A stretch of 60,696 nucleotides of DNA, the filler included. It is 5 parts of 5 records of this genome, joined end to end, with 100 filler letters (N's around TTAATTAATTAA, not from the genome) between each part and the next. Parts side by side here need not be neighbours in the genome. Positions count along the whole stretch, not along the records: positions 1 to 25,891 come from SRR31156797_4073; 4 more parts are not named here. One strand, written 5' to 3'. Positions 10,168-19,288 of this stretch are shown here, in pieces. The translations under genes were made by a program, and so were the position numbers. Position 1 is the first letter of the stretch; every line of letters begins with the position of its first letter. Under the pieces are notes generated by a model that worked only from the letters and a program-made list of their open reading frames with translations, had not been told where the DNA came from and searched no databases.

Positions 10168-10970
10168 GCAACGTTAAGATAGCTATGGTCGGTGCCGCAG
10201 GTCGTATGGGGCGCAGGATCATTTCACTCATACAGGAAGAAGACGGATGTGAGCTTTCGGGCGCACTCGAATATTCCGCTTGTCCGTTTCTCGGTCACGA
10301 TGCTGGTGATGTCGCTGGTTGCGGTAAAATCGGCGTTGAGATCACTGACGACATAGACAAGGCTTTCGCTGGGGCAGACGTTTTCATCGACTTCACAGGT
10401 GTTGAGCCTACTATGGCTAACCTTGAAAAATATAAGAAGGCTGGTGTAGCTGCCATTATAGCGAGCACTGGGATGACTGCTGAGCAGACTGCTGAGCTTG
10501 AAAAGATGTCAGAAAATCTACCTGTCCTTTTTTCACCAAATATGAGCGTGGGTGTAAACCTCACCTTTAAGATACTTGAGCAGATAGCTAAGGTGACAGG
10601 TGACGACTGGGACGTTGAGATTGTTGAATCTCACCACCGCATGAAAAAAGACGCACCGAGCGGAACAGCCATGAAGATGGGCGAGGTTATCGCTAACACT
10701 CTCGGGCGTGACATAGAGAAAGACGGTGCTTTCAGCCGTCACGGGATCATAGGCGAGCGCACCGACAAAGAGATCGGCATGCAGACGCTCAGAGCCGGCG
10801 ATATCGTTGGCGAGCACACTGTTATGTTTTGCACTAACGGCGAGCGTATCGAACTCACCCACAGAGCGCACACACGTGACATGTTCGCAAAAGGCGCTAT
10901 CAGAGCGGCTAAGTGGATGAAAGATAAGCCTAACGGCTTTTACAATATGTTCGACGTGCTCGAGCTATGA
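10164..10970 (+). CDS. dapB: 4-hydroxy-tetrahydrodipicolinate reductase
   Basis: GAAGRMG, IDFT, NMSVGVN, ESHHRMKKDAPSGTA, GEHTV, FAKGA. Confidence 0.97.
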   Translation: MSNVKIAMVGAAGRMGRRIISLIQEEDGCELSGALEYSACPFLGHDAGDVAGCGKIGVEITDDIDKAFAGADVFIDFTGVEPTMANLEKYKKAGVAAIIASTGMTAEQTAELEKMSENLPVLFSPNMSVGVNLTFKILEQIAKVTGDDWDVEIVESHHRMKKDAPSGTAMKMGEVIANTLGRDIEKDGAFSRHGIIGERTDKEIGMQTLRAGDIVGEHTVMFCTNGERIELTHRAHTRDMFAKGAIRAAKWMKDKPNGFYNMFDVLEL

Positions 10971-11023
10971 GCTCGTGCATAATCACCATACTGTAAACGT
11001 ATTTTAAAGTTTCAAATTTTACG

Positions 11024-11070
11024 GCTCCAGATAGTCGCCTGATATGCAGGTAATTATCTGGGGCTTTTTT
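11024..11070 (+). terminator. Intrinsic terminator of the lys/dap operon
   Basis: CCAGATAGT..CCTG / CAGG..ATTATCTGG stem followed by TTTTTT. Confidence 0.7.
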
Positions 11071-11202
11071 ATTTTCAATAAACGACACTCAGAGTGCAAG
11101 CAAAAAGCATATATTCACAGCATTGTGTCTGTGTTCCCGCTCATAGCGGGTGTAAAAGGAGTTTACATATTGTTGTAGACTTTTTAAGTCTTATTATAAT
11201 TA

Positions 11203-11420
11203 GCAGGACAGGGGTCTACACTTTGAAAGCCCAAAAGAAGCAAGAAGTCAGATTCGTCTGGCGGACTCCTGCCAATCATTCACTGGTGCCTGCTTTAAGC
11301 TAATCGACGTCAAAGGCTTAAAAATGGTCAGGCAGCAGATCTGTGATCACAGTTAACTTTTGTCTCTTTTTAGGAGACTCAGTGTTTAGGGGAGGGGTTT
11401 ATTAACTTCTCCCCTATTAT
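11203..11420 (+). ncRNA. Candidate multi-hairpin small RNA (unassigned family)
   Basis: TATAAT at 11195-11200, hairpin GTCAGA-TTCG-TCTGGC, stem GCCTG..TTTAAGC / GCTTAAA..CAGGC, GTCTC/GAGAC hairpin, terminal TAGGGGAG/TTCTCCCCTA hairpin. No convincing ORF. Confidence 0.3.
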
Positions 11421-11575
11421 TCACATAAGATCACGCAATGAAACTTAAACACATTTCGTGCTGTAGAATTGCCCTAGATTACTGGCATGTAAAATAAATT
11501 TCCATGTTGACAGGTTACCTAATAACAAGATAGTTTTGTTATTATAGAAACAATTTTCATACTCGGAGGACATAC

Positions 11576-12193
11576 ATGAACCAGAAAGGTTTTACACTCG
11601 TTGAACTAGCGATTGTCCTGGTGATTATCGGTGTTATTCTCGGCGGTGTTATTAAAGGACAAGAGCTCGTAACAAACGCAAGAATGAAGGGATTATATAG
11701 AGAGTATCAGCAGGTTGAATTTGCATACTATTCATATCTTGACAGATATAATGGCAAGCCCGGCGACGACAACCGAGCAACAACTAACGTAACCGTTGCA
11801 ACTGGCGGAACTCTTGATGACGGCGTAATTGAAGGCAACTGGGATAGCACTACTGCTACAGATGAAAATAATGTTTTCTGGGCTCACGTCAGAGATGCTG
11901 GTTTTTTTACTGATGGTGCTGCTACATTGACAGACTTACCTACAAACACATTTGGCAGCAATATTAGTGTAACAACTGTCTTAACAAATGGCTCAATAAT
12001 GGGCTTCAATGCTAACGACGATCTTACATGTTTTTCGGCTATTGAGGGTGACATTGCTTCAGCATTCGATGCTCAGTTTGATGACGGGGATGCGACAACA
12101 GGATTGATACAGGGAGCATTATTAACAGCTATAAATACTGAAGCTGCATATGTTCAAGGGACAGATAGCGTCATCTGCATTTTAATAAATTAA
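11576..12193 (+). CDS. Type IV pilin / pseudopilin (prepilin N-terminal methylation motif)
   Basis: QKG|FTLVELAIVLVIIG class III signal peptide with E5; C-terminal Cys pair; GGAGG RBS. Confidence 0.9.
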   Translation: MNQKGFTLVELAIVLVIIGVILGGVIKGQELVTNARMKGLYREYQQVEFAYYSYLDRYNGKPGDDNRATTNVTVATGGTLDDGVIEGNWDSTTATDENNVFWAHVRDAGFFTDGAATLTDLPTNTFGSNISVTTVLTNGSIMGFNANDDLTCFSAIEGDIASAFDAQFDDGDATTGLIQGALLTAINTEAAYVQGTDSVICILIN

Positions 12194-12215
12194 AATAACT
12201 AAAAATATAAACTAC

Positions 12216-12246
12216 AAAGGCGATCTCTACTGGTCGCCTTTTTTTA
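12216..12246 (+). terminator. Intrinsic (probably bidirectional) terminator between convergent genes
   Basis: AAAGGCGAT / GGTCGCCTTT stem followed by a T run. Confidence 0.7.
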
Positions 12247-12269
12247 TTTAACAGTACAGAACAGCTAAA

Positions 12270-13151
12270 TCACTTCAAACTATCAAACAAATTTGCAATT
12301 TGCTCCAGACTGCAAACCTTATCGCCTACCTGAACTTCCTGAAGGGATATGGTTCCGCTTCCACAAGCTATTTCAACTCCGTCATCGGAAACATTCAGCA
12401 CATCTCCGACAGAGCCGTAATCCCCCTGCCACTTCTCTGTGCTCGCTCGCCAGACAGTCACCTTTTCACCATTTAGCATAAAGTACGAGCCGAAAAACGG
12501 ACGGCTGTAACCACGTATATGATTATATAAACTGAATGCATCACGCCTAAAATCAATAACTGCGTCCTTCCCTCGCTTTCTCTGAAGATAAAAGGACTCC
12601 TCTTCTTTCTGAGGAACCGCTTCATACGACCCTATACCGTTCCGGTTAAGCTCAACTATAAAATCTGCACAAACGACAGCATATTTATGTAAAAAGTCAG
12701 ACGGATAGTCCTGATAATCTATTCGAATCTCTTCGGATGAAATAACATCGCCAGCATCAATCCTTTCACCCTGTTTATAGAAGCTAGCCCCGCTCACCGC
12801 TACGCCACGGATAAACTGCTCTGTAACGGCGGAGTACCCTCTATAGGAAGGTAAGAGCGACGGATGAGCAAACACCACATCCAGCTCAGCCCCTTTAAAG
12901 AAATCCTTTGTCCAGTCCACGCACACGATGGTCCTGTCAGAGATGTCCGGCAGGTTATCACAGGTTAGATAGCTATTAGACGCTATGAACGTCATCTTAA
13001 ATTCCTTTCGGAATGAGCCGAGATCTTTAGCGAGACTTGTACGCTGGAACCCTCTGGTGTATGTCACAACCTCAGGATAAAATTCACGCTTATCAAGCTC
13101 TTCAAGCAGTAGCTCGCCTATATAGTTTGCAGTGAATAAACAGATACTCAT
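12270..13151 (-). CDS. Divergent formyltransferase (Fmt/ArnA-like N and C domains)
   Basis: HPSLLPSYRG, IDAGD, IDF..YNHIRG..RPFFGSY, C-terminal IACGSG. Confidence 0.75.
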   Translation of the reverse strand: MSICLFTANYIGELLLEELDKREFYPEVVTYTRGFQRTSLAKDLGSFRKEFKMTFIASNSYLTCDNLPDISDRTIVCVDWTKDFFKGAELDVVFAHPSLLPSYRGYSAVTEQFIRGVAVSGASFYKQGERIDAGDVISSEEIRIDYQDYPSDFLHKYAVVCADFIVELNRNGIGSYEAVPQKEEESFYLQRKRGKDAVIDFRRDAFSLYNHIRGYSRPFFGSYFMLNGEKVTVWRASTEKWQGDYGSVGDVLNVSDDGVEIACGSGTISLQEVQVGDKVCSLEQIANLFDSLK

Positions 13152-13714
13152 TTTTTCTTCCTAAAGATAAAGAATAAACCGGCTCCCACAAAAAGTACGG
13201 CTATTATATATATGTAAGTGTACGATGGCTCAGCTTTCGATGAAAAACGCAGCCCCTCACCTCTTTTAAGGAGCGTAAGCCCCTGAAATGTTCTATCATG
13301 CTTAATGCCTTGCACAACCCTTGAAACCTGCCCGTCTTTAATGACCTCTGTGTGAACCAGATCGCTCTTAGGGGTGGCTGAATCAAAGAATGAAAGGTAG
13401 TACGCCACACGTACATCCTCCGGCACAGGGGTAGACTTCGGCTCAATATCGAAGCCGTACATAGGCACATCGAGTTCGTACCTCGTCTGGTAACAGTCGC
13501 CGTCCGCTAGTATATAACCCTTATCTAAATCAGGCTGCCACCCGCAAACGGTCTCTTTCACCTTCATTCTGGAGGCCTCATATATAATATTAATATCTAA
13601 TTTTGATGCATATGCGCTAACAGTCAGCAAAATACAAAAACAGAAATATGTCACTTTTTTCACAAAAACACCTCTAAAATCATAATAAAACATTGTAGCC
13701 TCATTCGTAAACAT
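13148..13714 (-). CDS. Hypothetical exported protein with C-terminal membrane anchor (start uncertain)
   Basis: Signal-peptide-like segment, C-terminal TM helix + RKKK; 4-nt overlap with the formyltransferase start. Confidence 0.65.
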   Translation of the reverse strand: MFTNEATMFYYDFRGVFVKKVTYFCFCILLTVSAYASKLDINIIYEASRMKVKETVCGWQPDLDKGYILADGDCYQTRYELDVPMYGFDIEPKSTPVPEDVRVAYYLSFFDSATPKSDLVHTEVIKDGQVSRVVQGIKHDRTFQGLTLLKRGEGLRFSSKAEPSYTYIYIIAVLFVGAGLFFIFRKKK

Positions 13715-13820
13715 AATTAATCAAAGCAAAATTTCAGTAGAGCATAAGTTCATCTAAGGGGTTGTGTTCTTTTATGCGAAAGTGTATAACCAGTAATGCT
13801 TTTTCAAGGCTTTAGAGGAC

Positions 13821-13841
13821 AATTTTGATCGCATCAAAATT
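13821..13841. promoter_or_regulatory. Perfect-arm palindrome in divergent promoter region upstream of sfrB-like gene
   Basis: AATTTTGAT-CGC-ATCAAAATT; FNR-like half sites TTGAT/ATCAA but with a 3-nt rather than 4-nt spacer. Confidence 0.45.
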
Positions 13842-13956
13842 ACAATAAAGTTATAGACATGAAATTAGAATTGTGTTATACGAAATTGTATACAGTATAC
13901 CATTGCCGTATAAGCGCATAAATATTGCATAATTATAAATTACCGTGGAGTGTGTA

Positions 13957-15930
13957 ATGGCACAAGTTTGCTACGGGTACTACAAGGATACCAAGCTAGA
14001 CAACAGAGGCAAAAGTAAAGAGGAGTGGAGCGACTCACCTGTTCGCACTCCTGACCAGTACAGGGACAAGCCCCTTAAAGCTCTCATTAATTGGGACGGC
14101 TTCCTCGTTTATGAAGAAAACGTGGATATGCTGGCGGCGCTCGCTAACTATATGGAAGAGATCAGCAGCGATGGCTGTTGTGGAAGATGCTTCCCGGGAC
14201 GTGTCGGAACTAAGCTGCTCGCTGAGCAACTTATGAAGATCCGCTCTGGACAGGCTACAGACGAAGATATAGCGAAAGCTGTTGAAATGTGTGAATCGAT
14301 CTTCAACTCTGCCAAATGTACAGTTGCACCTACATCAACTGTTCCTGTAAAAGCATTTCTGACAGAATTCAAGGATCAGGTAACTGCACAGATACCTGAG
14401 GATGCTGCTGAGTATCATAAGCATATCACAGCACCATGTACAGCGGGCTGTCCTGCGAACGTGCCTATTCCTGAGTTTATCGAAGAGCTGAAAGACCACA
14501 GACATCTTGACTCTCTCGCAACAATCCGTAAAACTATGCCGCTTCCGGGCATTTGCGGTCGTGTCTGTCCACACCCATGTGAGGACAACTGTCGTAGAGG
14601 ACTCGTTGACGATGATCCTGTGAGCATTATGGTTCTTAAAAGAACTCCTTTCGACTACGAATACTATAACAACAAAACACCTCAGCTCCCTACTCCTATG
14701 GAGTCCAAGGGTAAAAAGGTCGGTATCATCGGCGCTGGTCCTGCGGGGCTTACCGGTGCTTACTACCTAGCTCTTATGGGGTATGACTGTAAAATATATG
14801 AGATGTGTGACGAACCTGGCGGTATGGTAGCTATGGGTATCCCTGATTACCGTGAGCCTAGACACATACTTCGTCATGAAGTTGAAATCATTGAGTCACT
14901 CGGTGTTGAGATCCAGTACAACACTAAGTTCGGTGGACCTAAAGATGACATCGACATGAAGTACATGAAAACAAATTACGATGCTGTTCTCATAACACTC
15001 GGCGCATGGAGATCAAAGGCCATGGGTATCGAAGGTGAGAAGGACGGATACGAAGGCGTTTACCCGGGCGGTATCGACTTCCTCTATGTTCAGGCAGTTG
15101 GTAAAGACGTTAACGTTAAAGGTAAAAAGATCGTTGTTGTTGGTGGTGGTAACACTGCTATCGACTGTGTGCGTGTTGCTCTCAGAGAAGGCGCATCAGA
15201 CGTTAACCTCATCTATAGACGTTCCCGTGCGGAGATGCCTGCGGAAGATTACGAGATCGCAGACGCTATCGAAGAAGGAATTAACTTCCACTTCCTCTGC
15301 AACCCGACAAGAGTTATCGCTGAAGACGGTAAAGTTGTCGGTTGTGAGGCTATAAGAATGGAGCTCGGTGAGCCTGATGATTCCGGTCGTAGAAGACCTC
15401 AGCCTGTTGAAGGTTCTGAGTTCATTATCGACTGTGATTTCATCATCCCTGCCATCGGTCAGGATCCTGACCTTTCATTCCTTAAAGAGGAAGACGGCAT
15501 AGACGTTACTAAGTGGAGCACATTCGCTGTACGTGACGACCTCTACGACACTACTGACCCACAGATATTCTCTGCTGGTGACTGTGAGTGGGGACCAATG
15601 ACAGTTGTTAAAGCTATCGGTGCTGCAAGATGGGCTGCGACTATGATCGACAGATACCTTGAAACAGGTGAGCCATATCTTACTGAATCTGAAACACTTC
15701 AGCGAGCACTCGAAACAAGCAGAGGCGCTGTTTTCGATAAGAAAGAGAACGTATGCGGCTTGGAAACAAAGTCTATCCACAGAGTACATCAGGAAAAAAT
15801 GGACGGCGATTCCAGAAAAGATAACTACGAAGAAGTTGAAAAACCATATACCATGAAAGAAGCTTACGATGAGGCTACACGATGTCTCAGATGTGTGCGC
15901 ATGGCGATGGTTGCACTCGGCAGTAAATAG
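13957..15930 (+). CDS. sfrB: SfrB-type NADPH oxidoreductase flavoprotein subunit (NuoF-like FeS + GltD-like FAD/NADPH domains)
   Basis: MAQV..DNR..WDG..CCGRCFPG N-terminus resembles Geobacter SfrB; APCTAGCP, CGRVCPHPCE..CRR, GAGPAG, GGGNTAIDC, YRRSR, EATRCLRC. Confidence 0.85.
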   Translation: MAQVCYGYYKDTKLDNRGKSKEEWSDSPVRTPDQYRDKPLKALINWDGFLVYEENVDMLAALANYMEEISSDGCCGRCFPGRVGTKLLAEQLMKIRSGQATDEDIAKAVEMCESIFNSAKCTVAPTSTVPVKAFLTEFKDQVTAQIPEDAAEYHKHITAPCTAGCPANVPIPEFIEELKDHRHLDSLATIRKTMPLPGICGRVCPHPCEDNCRRGLVDDDPVSIMVLKRTPFDYEYYNNKTPQLPTPMESKGKKVGIIGAGPAGLTGAYYLALMGYDCKIYEMCDEPGGMVAMGIPDYREPRHILRHEVEIIESLGVEIQYNTKFGGPKDDIDMKYMKTNYDAVLITLGAWRSKAMGIEGEKDGYEGVYPGGIDFLYVQAVGKDVNVKGKKIVVVGGGNTAIDCVRVALREGASDVNLIYRRSRAEMPAEDYEIADAIEEGINFHFLCNPTRVIAEDGKVVGCEAIRMELGEPDDSGRRRPQPVEGSEFIIDCDFIIPAIGQDPDLSFLKEEDGIDVTKWSTFAVRDDLYDTTDPQIFSAGDCEWGPMTVVKAIGAARWAATMIDRYLETGEPYLTESETLQRALETSRGAVFDKKENVCGLETKSIHRVHQEKMDGDSRKDNYEEVEKPYTMKEAYDEATRCLRCVRMAMVALGSK

Positions 15931-15949
15931 GCTAACGGAGTAGATAACA

Positions 15950-18196
15950 ATGGCAGAAATCATCATAAACAGTAACCCCTACTCTTTTGAGGAGGGCGAA
16001 TCTATCCTCAACGTAGCTGAAAGAAACGGGATCAAAATTCCTACGCTTTGCTACCTTAAAGATGTCACTCCTACCGGAGCATGTAGACTTTGTCTTGTGC
16101 AGGTTGAAGGTGCTGACAGACTTCAGGCAGCCTGTGTGACTTACGCTAAAGAAGGGATGAACGTTGAAACTGAGAATGACCACATCTGGAAAAACAGAAA
16201 GGACATGCTCGACTTCATCCTTATCAAGCACCCGCTCGACTGCCCTGTCTGTGACAAGGCTGGAGAGTGTGAGCTTCAGGACACGGCTTTCGAGTTTGGA
16301 ATGAAAGAGGAGATCGTTTCCTCTGACAAACCTTCTGAGCCTATCGTTAAATGGAATAAAATAGTATATAACTCAAACCTTTGCGTACTCTGTGAAAAGT
16401 GTATGAAATCCTGTCACGAGATGACGGGCTGCTCTGCACTTAAAATGGAAGACAGAGGTTTCTATAACCACGTGACACCTTCTAAGGGTGACACACTCGG
16501 ATGCGACTTCTGCGGTACATGTATCGACAGATGTCCTGTGGGATCACTCCTCGATGCTCAGTTCCACCACGCAGCTCGTGTTTGGGATTTAGATGAGAAA
16601 GTGACTTCCTCAGTTTTCTCTCCTGACGGCTGTCCTGTTGAATACAGCACAAAGGACGGGAAAATCCTCAGAGCGAAAGCTCTCTCAGATGGTCAGATCA
16701 CAGCTCAGGACAGATTTGCATTCAAATATCTTGAGTCTGCTGACAGAATTCTCAACCCTAAGGTTAACAAAGATGGTAACCTCGTTGAGACTAACTGGGA
16801 AGAAGCTGAAACTCTCCTTAAAGGGAAGCTCTCCGGAATCAAAGGTGAAAATGTTGCTCTCGTTGCAGGCAGCACAATCACTAACGAATCCATGGCAGCT
16901 TACAAGAAGCTTATGGACGGTATCGGTTCTACTAAGATAGTTTCCGACACTGACATAGCTCTCGGAGATTTCTACAAGAAATATTCCGCTAAGTTCGGCA
17001 CAATGGAAAACATCGGCACACTCGCTGATATCAAAGACTCTGACGTTATCTTCGTAATCGGCTCCGACCTCCGCAGAGAGGCTGTAGGCGTTAAACACAA
17101 GATAATGAACGCAGTTATCCACAACAGTGCAAAAGTATATGTTGCCGGACTTAAAAAATACGAATACGACCTTTTCACAACTAAAACATACATGGCTGAG
17201 TTCGGCGATTTCGCCGGCGCTCTCGAAGAGATGAAAAAGGATGCACCTGCTCCTGTTGATCAGAAAAACCCACATGTTATAGAAGTTGAAAACGACCGTG
17301 ACCTCTACATCCCCGGAACACTCGAAAAAGCGAAGAAAGTATCTGTCGTCATAGGTGACGAATACATCCAGTCCGGCACTGATGCTGACGCTGTTCTCGC
17401 TTTCTGTGACTTCATCGGCAAAGACCTTCTTAAGTCTGTCTTCGTTGTGAACGATCAGGTGAACTATATGGGTGCAGTCGTTAACGGATTCGTAGGAAAC
17501 GGCTACACAGCTGAAAATCTTACAACTGACCTTACATCTGGTAATATAAAACTCCTCATCAATGCAGGCTTTAACGCTAAGCCTAACTGTGAGGTTTCAT
17601 CTAAGCTCGAGACTGCTTTCGCTAAAGCGGGAACATATGTCGCGGCTGATATATTTAAAACAGGTTCTGCTGTCACAGCTAATGTGATTCTCCCTGTTAA
17701 AGATGCTCTCGAGACTATCGGCACATTTACAACAATGGACGGCAGACTTGTAGCTCTTGAAAAAATAGTTGAAGCTAAAGGAACACAGAAAACACACATC
17801 CAGGTTGCTTCTATGTTAGGTGATATGATGGGACAGTCCATCACAGCCTGCGCATATGAAACTTTCCACGGTGATGTCGCTGGTAAGAACGGCTTCCCTG
17901 CTGTTGACTACTCAGAGGTTGATGGAACAATCGCTAAAGAGAAGTCTAACGAGTGGAATGCTACTGCTTTCAGCTACAAAAAACCTGCTGCTAAAACTTG
18001 CGTTACCTACATGAACCCACGCTACCACGCTAACATACTCACTGCGAAATCATTCGTAGCGGCTACAGAGGAGCACAGAGAATACTTCTTCCCTGTTAAC
18101 AAAGAGATCCTCGCCGGCGAAGGAGCTGATTACAAAGGTGCTGAAGAATCAGCAACTATCGCTAAGGGTGTTGTAGTAATATCAAGAGACTACTAA
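15950..18196 (+). CDS. sfrA: SfrA-type / NuoG-like iron-sulfur subunit
   Basis: IPTLC..GACRLCLV..AAC (2Fe-2S), HPLDCPVCDKAGECELQ, CVLCEKC, CDFCGTCIDRCPVG, then degenerate molybdopterin-oxidoreductase fold. Confidence 0.85.
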   Translation: MAEIIINSNPYSFEEGESILNVAERNGIKIPTLCYLKDVTPTGACRLCLVQVEGADRLQAACVTYAKEGMNVETENDHIWKNRKDMLDFILIKHPLDCPVCDKAGECELQDTAFEFGMKEEIVSSDKPSEPIVKWNKIVYNSNLCVLCEKCMKSCHEMTGCSALKMEDRGFYNHVTPSKGDTLGCDFCGTCIDRCPVGSLLDAQFHHAARVWDLDEKVTSSVFSPDGCPVEYSTKDGKILRAKALSDGQITAQDRFAFKYLESADRILNPKVNKDGNLVETNWEEAETLLKGKLSGIKGENVALVAGSTITNESMAAYKKLMDGIGSTKIVSDTDIALGDFYKKYSAKFGTMENIGTLADIKDSDVIFVIGSDLRREAVGVKHKIMNAVIHNSAKVYVAGLKKYEYDLFTTKTYMAEFGDFAGALEEMKKDAPAPVDQKNPHVIEVENDRDLYIPGTLEKAKKVSVVIGDEYIQSGTDADAVLAFCDFIGKDLLKSVFVVNDQVNYMGAVVNGFVGNGYTAENLTTDLTSGNIKLLINAGFNAKPNCEVSSKLETAFAKAGTYVAADIFKTGSAVTANVILPVKDALETIGTFTTMDGRLVALEKIVEAKGTQKTHIQVASMLGDMMGQSITACAYETFHGDVAGKNGFPAVDYSEVDGTIAKEKSNEWNATAFSYKKPAAKTCVTYMNPRYHANILTAKSFVAATEEHREYFFPVNKEILAGEGADYKGAEESATIAKGVVVISRDY

Positions 18197-18218
18197 AAAC
18201 TTTAAGTTTACCAATTTC

Positions 18219-18250
18219 AAAGCCGGCTCGCTATGAGTCGGCTTTTTTTT
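18219..18250 (+). terminator. Intrinsic terminator
   Basis: AAGCCGGCTC-GCTAT-GAGTCGGCTT followed by a T run. Confidence 0.8.
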
Positions 18251-18296
18251 GTTGTAATCTGCGGTTATTTTTGTATGATATTTCTTAGAGGTTTAT

Positions 18297-19112
18297 ATGG
18301 GAAAACTATTAATACCGCTACTTATTATTATTTTGCTCGGAAGTGTCGGACTTTTTCTAGCTGCGGACTACAAATCGTCTGATTCGATAATTACTCACAA
18401 GCTCATTGGAAAGATCAACCCTGCATGGCTCCCGAAAAAGCAGGAGACCTCAGAAGGCGGTATCATCAGAGGCTCTGCGAGAGACATTGTAAAGAATAAT
18501 ACTGAAGTTACTTCTGATGGAGTTTCATCAGACTCTACCAGCTTCAGCAGCCAGACAACATCTATGCTCTCCGCTGCTCAAAGTGGAAAAGCTGATGATG
18601 TCAAAATGCTTATCAGAAAAGGCGTAAACATCAACTTTCAGGATAAATACGGAAACACAGCCCTTAACCTTGCCGTTATGCGTGGTAACGAGGAAGTGAT
18701 AAACACTCTTCTAATGAATGGCGCTGACCCTGACATAGCTAACGAAGACGGTGTGACACCAACTTCGAATGCAGCAAGGCAGAGGCGTGAAAAGATAGCA
18801 TCTGTACTTCTCGAAAGAGGAGCTGACCCTAATAAACCTAACTCAGAAGGCGTGACACCTCTTATGCTCGCTAGTAAATACGGCCACGAGGGTTTGGTTA
18901 ATCTTATGGTTCAGCACGGCGCACAGGTTAATACTATAGATAATCAGGGGAGAACAGCACTTATGTATGCCGCTGAGCGTGGATATAGCAGAATAGTTGT
19001 CGGGCTGATAGGTATCGGCGCTGATAAATCTACTAAAGACTCACTAGGTAAAACAGCCAAGGATTATGCTGACCGCTTCGGGCATACCGAAACATCCCTT
19101 CTCCTCGAATAA
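18297..19112 (+). CDS. Exported/membrane-anchored ankyrin repeat protein
   Basis: N-terminal hydrophobic segment; repeated GNTAL/GVTPL/GRTAL..GAD ankyrin motifs. Confidence 0.9.
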   Translation: MGKLLIPLLIIILLGSVGLFLAADYKSSDSIITHKLIGKINPAWLPKKQETSEGGIIRGSARDIVKNNTEVTSDGVSSDSTSFSSQTTSMLSAAQSGKADDVKMLIRKGVNINFQDKYGNTALNLAVMRGNEEVINTLLMNGADPDIANEDGVTPTSNAARQRREKIASVLLERGADPNKPNSEGVTPLMLASKYGHEGLVNLMVQHGAQVNTIDNQGRTALMYAAERGYSRIVVGLIGIGADKSTKDSLGKTAKDYADRFGHTETSLLLE

Positions 19113-19130
19113 TAAAGCAGGTTGGCACCC

Positions 19131-19285
19131 TGTGGCAAGACACTAGGCTGTGAATATAAACTGAACTTCCATATCCTGGTGCTCCCGCTGGTCGCTAAGT
19201 CCGTTACGTAGTCAGCATCATAACATGATGCGCACAAACGTGGCACTCCAGCAAATCACCTCCTAACTAGCCTGTCGCTGCTAGC
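19131..19285 (+). ncRNA. Candidate rod-shaped structured RNA with central bubble (6S-like shape, unconfirmed)
   Basis: Nested pairings TGGCA/TGCTA, GAC..AGGCT/AGCCT.GTC, GGTG/CACC, GCTGG/CCAGC, GTTACGT/ACGTGGC, GCATCAT/ATGATGC. G-U pairs favour the + strand. Confidence 0.35.
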
Positions 19286-19288
19286 GAC

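Noticed and set aside
10971-11420. Possible lysine riboswitch next to the dap operon, or c-di-GMP/cGAMP riboswitch before the pilin
   Set aside because: The region is downstream of the dap genes, and I could not find the lysine or GEMM consensus motifs on either strand.
11483-11500. TGGCATG as a sigma-54 promoter for the pilin
   Set aside because: The -24 element is present but the -12 TTGC is missing at the required spacing.
19064-19246. 60-aa minus-strand ORF with a nearby AGGAGG
   Set aside because: Overlaps the ankyrin gene end, has poor RBS spacing and no motif; the RNA fold explains the region better.
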